Shown here: in pieces, positions 28,673 to 38,400 of the stretch
Position numbering within the stretch: the first letter of the stretch is position 1
Layout of the letters: each line of letters opens with the position of its first letter
Assembly (NCBI GenBank): GCA_036309065.1
Contig: JAXJUN010000028.1
Span: forward strand, 17,410-81,409
Length of the DNA: 64,000 nucleotides
DNA from: Paludibacteraceae bacterium
GTDB taxonomy: Bacteria; Bacteroidota; Bacteroidia; Bacteroidales; Paludibacteraceae
Reading direction: 5' to 3'
Translations under genes and position numbers: made by a program
Notes under the pieces: model-generated
What the model was told of the DNA's origin: nothing
What the model saw: only the letters and a program-made list of their open reading frames with translations
Databases searched by the model: none

Positions 28673-28798
28673 CTAGGTCCCTAGTTTGCTAGGTTACTAG
28701 TGCGCTAGTTTATCTATTTCTTCTAGTTCGGCTAGATAGACTAGTTGGGCTAGTTCTTCTAGTTTATCTAGTTGGTCTAGTTTATCTAGTCGGGCTAG
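28673..28798. repeat. CTAG-rich 8-9-nt tandem array (second locus)
   Basis: 14 CTAG tetranucleotides in 126 nt, e.g. CTAGTTCTT CTAGTTTAT CTAGTTGGT CTAGTTTAT CTAGTCGGG CTAG. Confidence 0.92.
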
Positions 28799-28856
28799 AT
28801 AATCAAAAATGGTAAATGGTAAATAATTTTATCTTTGTTTATCGCCGCTGGTCGCA

Positions 28857-29052
28857 TGTTTTTGGCTTTTTTGTTAGCGAAGCGTGTTTTTGTGAGCAGC
28901 CCATCGTGCCCGTTATGGGTCACGATTAAGCGGAAAGAGAATATTAGCGGGCTGCAAGCTTGCTTGCGAGCCGATAATAGGTGATTTACGCTCAAGGCCG
29001 CGTAGGCCAATAGCCATGCGGACGATAGGCTGCGAGTTTTTGATTAAATATA
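28857..29052 (+). repeat. copy B of the intergenic repeat (divergent)
   Basis: Colinear with copy A: TGTTTTTGG..TTTTTTGTTAGCGAAGCGTGTTTTTGTGAGCAGCC ... TTTACGCTCAAGGCCGCGTAGGCC ... GGCTGCGAGTTTTTGATTAAA. Confidence 0.7.
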
Positions 29053-29143
29053 TTTCGCTACATCCGAAAAGGGATAAATGCGACCAGAGGGATGTATTTA
29101 GGTTTATTTACAATTATTTTCTCTATTTTCATTTTGTTTTCTT

Positions 29144-29151
29144 TATTTTTG
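29144..29151 (+). promoter_or_regulatory. -7-like box TATTTTTG in a duplicated copy of the trmD promoter tract
   Basis: TTTATTTTTGTTTGAATAAGCAA (29142..) parallels TTATTTTTGTTTAAATAAATAGCAA upstream of trmD. Confidence 0.35.
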
Positions 29152-29358
29152 TTTGAATAAGCAAATTGCTCGCTCCGCGGTCTATAATACTTTATTACCG
29201 CGCATGCACTGCACATACATGCGCGCGTTGGCAAACATTATGCTTTCTTATGTATGTAATGATAGTGCTAATGGGTGAAAATGCAAAATAAAATTAACAA
29301 AAACATACAAAATCATATTTTTGTCATGCAAAATGTTGTATAATCCATTTTTTTTTAG

Positions 29359-29366
29359 TATCTTTG
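29359..29366 (+). promoter_or_regulatory. -7 promoter box TATCTTTG upstream of the giant gene
   Basis: TTTTTTTTTAGTATCTTTGCGCCCGATT, 62 nt before ATG 29428. Confidence 0.55.
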
Positions 29367-29427
29367 CGCCCGATTATTCTATCATGTGATAACAGACAAT
29401 TATTTTAAACACTAATATTTTAGGCTT

Positions 29428-32400
29428 ATGAAGAAACATTTACTCATTTTGTTTGTGGCTATGTTTGCTGCAGCATGGAGTCTCAATGCCCAGACTATTG
29501 TTATCAATGAGGGCTTTGAGAATGGTATTCAAGACAGCGTTTGGACACAGGAGTATGTCGTTGGCGAGACGCCATGGGCTGTGGAGGGAGTAGAGGATAA
29601 CCTCGTATTCCCAGCAGATGTATGGCAGGGCTCTAAGCGTGCATACTTGCGTAACACCACAGGTGTGACGCAGGGCTTTAAGACGCGTCTGGTTAGTAAA
29701 GTAATGGACCTCAGTCCTAATGTGATTTATCAGCCAGAGATGACTTTCTGGTATGCAAATCCTAAGTGGACGGCAGACCGCGATACACTTCGCGTGTTGT
29801 ACAAGACGGGCCATAATGCCGATTGGAAGCAATTGGCAGAGTATAGTACGGCGAGTGCTACTTGGCAAAAGGTTACTCTTGTGTTGCCAGAGGTGAATTC
29901 TACCTATCAAATCGCATTTGAGGGTACGGATAACTTGGGTCGTGGTATTGTACTGGATAGTATCAAGTTGCGCTCGGCGCCCGAGTGTACTATCCCATAT
30001 GATATTAGTGTAACCAATATGGGGCATGGCAAAGTGAATATTGCATGGAATGCCAGCTGGGACGCAGACGCGTATGAACTGATCGTGACGAAAAGTTCAA
30101 TAGATCCAGACATGGTAAATGATATCCCAGATTCGCTGGATGTTGTAGTGCTGCACGAGCAAGTGGAAGGTCTGCGCCAGAATTATGATGTGCAATTAAC
30201 ATCAGGAGCATATTATTATGTATATTTGCGCTCGCTCTGTTTTGCAGAGAATAGTGCATGGAATAGTGAGGACCCTAATCAAAATGGTGCATTCTATTTC
30301 CGTGTGCAAGAGACGAAGTATTTACCATATGTATATGGATTCAATATGGAGTATGACGCAGGTATGTTGCACCGTGACGCAGAGTGGACATGGGGGACAA
30401 ACACAGGTGGCTTCTGCCCATTCATTTCTACCAACTTGAATGCAACAGAGTCTGTGAAGTACTCAAACGATGGTACTACTTGTTTGATTTTCGCTTCAGG
30501 CAATGTAGTCACTAAGGCTATCCCTGCAGGTCAATATGCGTATGTAGCTACGCCAGCATTGGGAGATAGCACTGTGGCTGACTTCAAGCTTGGTACATGC
30601 CAAGTATCATTCTGGGCTACGGTACATAAATATACAGGTCGTAAATATGCACATAGCATCATTGTGGGCGTGATGACCGACCCAGAGGATGTGACAACAT
30701 TCGTACCAGTAGATACAGTAAGCGTATGGGGTACTTCTACTTTCCAAGAATGTATCGTGGACCTCGCGCCTTATCAAGGAGAGGGTAAGTATGTAGCATT
30801 CGCAAGTAATTTCGATAAGCAAAATACATTCTATATTGATAATGTAAGAATCGAGCAGAAACCAGCAGTGAATAAGGTAATCAATATTACCGTTAATCCA
30901 CGCGATACCTATGCCGATATTGCATGGGAGGGAAATGCAACTTCATATAATGTATTGGTAACAAATGCAAAAGTTGAGAATCCAGCGAATGTGAAGGCAG
31001 AGAATATCGTTGCGCAGATGTCAGTGGATGGTAAAGCATATAGATGCGAAGGATTAGAGCCTGACCATAGCTGGAATCGTCCATATTATGTGTATGTTCA
31101 AGCACAGGGCGCTGCATGGTCTAATCCTTATCCATTTGTTACTATAGCAGGTGTGCAAGAATTGCCATATACATTCGATATGGAGCAAAAATCAGGTGTA
31201 TATACTATTGGCGAAGATGCTTCTGTGCTTTATCCAAAGAATATGGGTATATTCTCTAATGACCCTGACTATCCACACTTATACACTTCCAATTATTATA
31301 GTGGAGCATCTACACTCTATCTTACCAAAGATCCAGGTAATGACTCTTGGATTACCTTACCAATGGTAGATGGCTTAGCAAATAAGCAAATAACATTCCA
31401 ACTTAGTGCGAATACTACACCTTCGCAAGGAAATGCTACAATAGGTGTGATGACCAATCCAATGGATATAAATACCTTCATCCCTGTATCTAACTTCAAG
31501 GTAATTGCTTCTGGATATACAGGATGTTATGCAAACTTCTTGAACTATGAGGGACCAGAGGGTGTTATCGCTATCGTTTGGGAGGATGTAGAAGGTTTGG
31601 CAAAAAATACAATCAACTACATTGATGAGTTAACAATCGATACACTCACTGCATGTATGCCTCCTGTGAATCTGACTGTTGATGCAGAAGTGGATACAGC
31701 AATTATTTCTTGGGATAAGTCTCCTGCTACGGAATGGGAACTTATTTTCTCAAAGGAGCCTGTTTCTACAACCAAAAGAGAGCAGAGTCTTGATGATATT
31801 GCACTCATTGAAGGAGTTATCTTTGCAGATACCATTACTTGGTTGGACACTGCGAAAGATCCTGAGGTTGGATTCGGTGATTTGGATTGGAAAACAGCCT
31901 ATTATGTCTATATACGCACATTGTGTGGCGAGGACAAAACTATTTGGGTAGAGAGTCACTTTAAGACCCCATGTCCTGATGTATTCCCATTCCCTTATAA
32001 AGAGGATTTTGAGTCGTATGCTACCAGCCTCAAAGAAGTAGGATGCTGGCAATTGGCTGACTATAACGGAACGGGTTACCCAATGACCTATAAACCTACA
32101 TCTGGCGCGCAAAGTGGTGTTACGCTCGAGTTGTGGTCTACATCTACAACACACAGATCGGTGGCTATCATGCCTCCTGTGGAGGGAAATTTATCGGATA
32201 TGTTGCTCTCGTTTGACTCGCGTTCGTTTAGCACTACTACCGCCTCTGTATTGTATGTGGGTTCTATGGGAGATATAGCAGATTCCACTACTTTCGTGGC
32301 ATTTGATACAATCTACATGGATGGTGGTAACTCATTACGCCATAATAAATATGATCTGTCACAAGTCAATCTTGCATACAATAATATTGCCTTTACATCT

Positions 32401-35400
32401 GGTTTGGGTGGCACATTAGAAAAGAATAGCGATATGCTCATCGATAATGTGACACTCCGCTCAAATAGTTGTATTGATGCTTATAATATTAAGATCGTAG
32501 AATTAGAGCCTAACTTATTTGGTCTTGAATGGGATGGTAAAACAGAAGATGGCCAATGGTTGATTTCAGTATTCAATGAGGTAGATTCGATAATAATCGC
32601 AAATGATTCTCTCATTACGGGAAAGGCCCTACGAATGACAGGATTGACACCTCAAACAACATATGTGGTTCGTATCGCCCCAACTTGCGATACTACTATC
32701 TATGTCGAGGAGATTATCGAGACACCTTGCTTGGACTTAAATCCAAATATCCCAAATAAAGAGTCATTTGAGTCCGTTCCATCTGGTACAAGTTACAAGG
32801 CGGAATACCAAATGCCTTGCTGGACTGCTAAGAATGCCAATGCAAGTGCAACGGATACGTATAAGCCACACGTATATAAGAGTACCACCTATGCAAGCTC
32901 AGGTACAAATGCATACCGTCTCTATAGTTCTTCCACCTATCACCCTGCATATTTAGCATCGCCTAAAGTAGATTGTGACCATTTGTCAGAGCTGGCTATC
33001 ACTTTCAACTTATATGCAAGCACATCCTACTGGTGCGTATATGGTGTAATGAGCGATCCTAACGATATTAGCACATTCGTAGCGCTTGACTCTGTGAAGG
33101 GTACTGGTAAAACTGTACAATATGTAATCGACTTGAGCCAATATGCAGATTCTATTCCTAACGAAGCAAAATTCGTGGCATGGAAGACTCGCACAGGAAA
33201 AGCAGATCTTATCTATTTGGATGATATCTCTATTACAAAGATCACATGTCCTCTGACCAAACCAAGCTATTCAGAGTTGACATCTGAGAGCATACGCGTT
33301 AGCAGCGGATTGCGTTCCAATAATGAGTGGATCTTATTAGTAACTACCAAAGATGTATCTGACAGCTTAGCAATACCAGGATATGTGGTACCTGATTCTA
33401 TCCTTACATTCTGTGATACATTGACCGCACGCTCTAAAGTGGTAACGGGATTGCAAGGCGAGACAACATACTATGTATCTACTACTACGCTATGTGATGG
33501 TGAGGCTAATCTACAATGGGCTTCCTTGTCATTCTTGACTCCATGTAAACCAATCACACCTGAGGCAATGGGTACTATCACCTTCTCAGAAGCAGAAGGA
33601 TATACAAGTGGATCAAGTGCAAGCCGTTATCTGCCTTGCTGGACTGTAGGAAATAAGTCTGGAAATGTAACATCTGTTACATCTACCTACTATCCATATG
33701 TAAATACTACCGCGTCATACTTGTATAACGGAAATAAATACCTCAATATCTATTCGTATGTAGCAAGTTCAAATAATAGCGATGGTGCATACGCAATCAT
33801 GCCTACATTGGATCTGGGTACAGAAACAATCAATAAGTACCAAGTGAACTTCTGGGCACGCTCCAATACAGGTACTAGCTCTAACAACCAAGTCATCGTC
33901 GGAATCGTAACCGACCCAAGTGACTTGAATACCTTCACAGTGGTTGATACACTCACGCTTAATAAGCAAGAATATGAGCCATTCACTATCTCATTTGAGA
34001 ACTATCAAGGTGACTACTTGGGCAATAAGGGAAGAAATATCATGTTCCTCTGCGAGTTCGGTGTATCCACATATGCATATATCGCAAATATCTCTGTGGA
34101 GAAGATTCCATCTTGCCGTCCAGCAGTAGAATTTACGGTGGATAGTATAGCTGGAGATGCCGCAGTTATTAGTTGGAAGGGAAATGCAGATGCATACCGC
34201 GTATTAGTATCCGATATAATCTTGTCTGACTCACTCAAACAAGTGTACGACTACCTACAAGATACTATCGTCAATACATCGGATTCCGTCTTGATTACCG
34301 GTCTGCAATCTTCTACCCAGTACTTCGTATATGTACAGAGTATATGTGGTGCAGCTGATTCATCTGCTATCTCAATGGCATATGCCGGATTTACCACTCT
34401 GTGCCCAGCGAATGGCTTCGCTGTCCCATACAAGCAAGACTTTGAAAAATATGCTACCAACGCGAAAGTAGTGGATTGCTGGGACTTCGAAGACTATGCT
34501 ACGGCTACGAAGACTTATCCGCAGGTGATGAATCCGACGACTGGCGCAGTTAGTGGTAAGCAACTCGAGTTGTGGTCTTCATCTACAATACATAGATCAG
34601 TGGCTATCATGCCGAAGATTCAGGGCAATCTGGCTGACTATGTGCTGAGCTTCGATGCTCGTTCGTATAGTACAAGCACCAAGTCTGTACTATACATCGG
34701 TACGATGGATGATGTACTTGATTCGGCAGCAGGCTTTGTTCCGTTTGATACCCTCTATATGGACGGCGGAAATGAGTTCTATCATAGAGATCTTGTTTTG
34801 GCTGACTATGCTTCGAAACTGATCCATAGCCGCATCGCCTTCTCATCCGGTTTGGCAGAAGAGTTAGAGTTAGCCAGCGATATGTATCTGGATAATGTGA
34901 AGATTGGCCTCCCACCATCATGCTATCCACCTCTTCTCGAAGCAGGTAATACCACTTTGAATACAGCAGAGGTGATTATCACACCTTTCAAGGAAGAAAA
35001 CACGAACTGGCAATTAGCTATCATCCCTGATTCTATCTATAATAAAGAAGGATTTAAGGCGGATGAATACCTTGCTGGTACAGAAGTACGCATTGTGGAC
35101 GCAGATTCTACCAAATTTGTGGTATCAGACCTCCAAGACGGTACCAAGTATTGGGTATATGGCCGCACCATCTGCGGTGGAGAAGATGGCAATAGCGCAT
35201 GGACCGATTTTGCTATCAATATACGCACACAATACCGCTATAAAGATAGCTACTTCTTCGGTTTCGAGAAGAGCGAAGGATGGGATCGTAGTTACAAATC
35301 TACAAGCGATAGCTACTATTTGCATCCAGCATTGAATGTTGGATATAATGGTGGTAATGCAACTCCGACTTATTCTAATTATCCATATAGCATGGAGAAT

Positions 35401-38400
35401 TCTACATCGGCTATATACGCATATGGTCCAGCAGATGGCAGCCTCGGTAAGGGAGGAATGCGTTGGCAATCTACTACCTCTATTTGGGGAGCCTATGTAG
35501 TATTCCCTGCACTGGAAGAAGCAAAAAATCGCTCATTCGAATTTAAGTTGCGCTCAGGTTACCTAACACTCAGCACAATGCTCGCTTCTACTACAGCTGA
35601 TGTGAAGGTAGAGGTAGGTACTATAGAGAAGTACAAAGGCTATGAGACATATGAGGCACTTGCTACTATCAGCATGAAAGCATTGAATAAAGAAATATCG
35701 GGTGATGCTTCTAACGATTGGTTATGGGAGAGCTATACATTGGATATAGACTCACAAACAATAGCAAACAAGCAGATGGTGCTCCGAATGCCAGAACCAG
35801 AGGTGAGTTGCTATGCATACATCGATAATGTGGCATTGACAGAAGCAAAAGGATATTCAATGGTAGCTATCGAAAATGTAGAATTTGATTATGCTAAAGC
35901 AAATGTATCTTGGAGCAATATAGGTGCACCATGGAATCTCTATGTCACTACAAAAAATGGAAACAAAGTAGATACCGTTGCATCTTATCTGAATATGACA
36001 GATGTCACTTCTAAAGAAATCACTGGACTTGTACCACAAACCGATTATCAAATTGTATTGGAGAGTGCTAGTGCGCCAAAAGATACGAAGTTTGAGATAG
36101 CAGATACATATGAGTTTACTACCTTCTGTGCGCCAATAGAGCCAAATGCAAAGGGCGAATTCTTCTGGAATTTCAACGACCCAACAGAATGGGAGCAATC
36201 AGATGTAATAGTAGGTAATGGTACCGTCACAGATAGTGCATACTTCAAACCAGGTTGCTTCTTTACAGGTACCACCTATACGGGAACATTAACCACTTCT
36301 AATGTGTACTATAACTGGCTCATACAGCGAAAAGGATATGGTTATACAGGAGCTCCTACAACCAAGGGTACCTCCGCAACAAGTTCGGCACGCTATGAGT
36401 ATGGACGAAATGATAGTCCTGCACTCCGTGTATATACTACTTCTTCCTATATGACTCCATATATCGTATTACCAGAACTCAATTGTAGTTTCGATACGAT
36501 GATGGTTGAGTTCTATGGCCGTTGCTTTGCAAACTATGCAGAAGATTATGGTACAGCGTCTAGTCAGAATAAGATGATTTCTGCTACCTATCTCGGAGCA
36601 AGTTATAGCAAGTCAATCGTAGTAGGTACACTAACCGATCCTTACGACTTCTCTACCTTAGAGGTAATTGATACTTTGACCTACTTGCAGTCTAATCTAC
36701 CTGCTACAACAAAGGTAAATGAAGACCCTGCAGGATTGCGTTATTGGGAGAAGATGCAGTTGCCATTGGCGGGAGCGAAGGGTAAATACATTGTTCTCTT
36801 CCAACCTGCATATGGTCTATTCTTCCTCGATGACCTCAGTGTGAAGAATGTGGGTGATAACTTGTTCGCTCCTTCTGGTGCAGTAACCAAAGAGGTAAAA
36901 TCTACCACTGCTACCTTCTCTTGGAGAGTGAAACATCCAACCCTCCAATCCGTAATTGTAGTAACAGACCAATATGGCTCTGAAGAAATCTTGAGAGATA
37001 CCATCGTAGGTACTGAATACACAGTTACAGGATTGAATCCAGCTACAGCATACCAATGGTATATGTATCAAACAAATGGTACTGTAAACACCTCTACCAC
37101 ACAGCGTATTGACTTCTATACAGAGTGTGTGCCAGTAGGCGATGATTACACCTTCGGATTTGAATTGGAAGAAGGATGGAAGCTCGCTCCTGGACAAACC
37201 AATAATAGCTACAAGGTGCCAATCTGTTGGGTATCAGGCAATGCAGGAACATCTACTTGGTCTTCTTCGTACGAAGGATACAACCAAGCAAACACATCCT
37301 CATACCGTTATAGCCACTCAGGATCATATGCATTGAGAATGGAAGCCTATAGCACCACACATCAGCCATACATGGCTATGCCAGCTATCGCAGATATTGC
37401 TGCATATGATACATTGCAAGTGAACTTCTGGATGCGTCCTGCTTATAGCTACGCACCTGAGCACGCAAGCAAGCCAAATCAAATCTATACACAATATACG
37501 CTTGGTTCAACAGCTTCTACGGCAGACTACTACTACTCTAAGTCTATTATCGTAGGTACGATGACAGATCCTAACGATCCTACTACATTCGTGGCTATCG
37601 ATACAATCGGATACGATGGTACATTAGCAGTAGGAGATATGGCTACAGAGGCAAATGATTATCTCTATCAGAAGAAGAAAGTATCACTCCGCGGTGCTAC
37701 GGGTCCATATGTAGCATTCATGACTACATTGTATGCGAAGGGAGAAACCAGAAAAGCAACATACGATTATATGTGGCTCGATGATATATCCTTCTCTACA
37801 TTGCAAGAATGCTCAGAACCAAAGAACTTAGAGGTTACCGAAGTGCTATCAGGTTCCGCTACTCTGACATGGACAGGAGGTGAGACTGCAGAGAAATATA
37901 TCCTCCAAGTTTCAACCGATATGGACTTCTACTATGACACCGCATTCGTATTCAATGATACTTTAACGGCTAACTCCATCACTATCACAGGATTGAAGCA
38001 ACATACCACCTATGTATGGCGTGTGAAGTCAATCTGTGGGGATGACTTGGGAGAAAGTGATTACACGCAGAATGAAATCTTCACCACAGCGCGTATCCCA
38101 TTCTTCTTGGAAGACTTCCGTGAGGCAGCACTGGAAAGTGACTGGGCATATGGTACAACTAAGGCTGCACTTGTGCTGGATTCTGTAGGAGTAGAAATAA
38201 CTGGTACTAATAACGCTACTTATGGATTTAAGCAAATTACGAATAGTTATGGAATAACAGGTGCACACTATGCAATACCATTCTACTCATCTTCTACAGC
38301 ATCAGATACTTCATATGACAACTATTGGTTGATAACGCCTACTATCTACCTTGAGCCTACCAAGCAAGCACACTTGACATGGGATATGGCATTGACAGGA

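Noticed and set aside
28795-29010. 71-aa minus-strand ORF in the trmD-giant gene intergenic region
   Set aside because: It lies across repeat copy B. The homologous copies A and C have no equivalent ORF, and differences between copies preserve base-pairing rather than a reading frame.
29204-29278. 24-codon ORF (MHCTYMRALANIMLSYVCNDSANG) in the giant-gene leader
   Set aside because: It overlaps the GC hairpins. It has no start context or conservation evidence and is too short to support.
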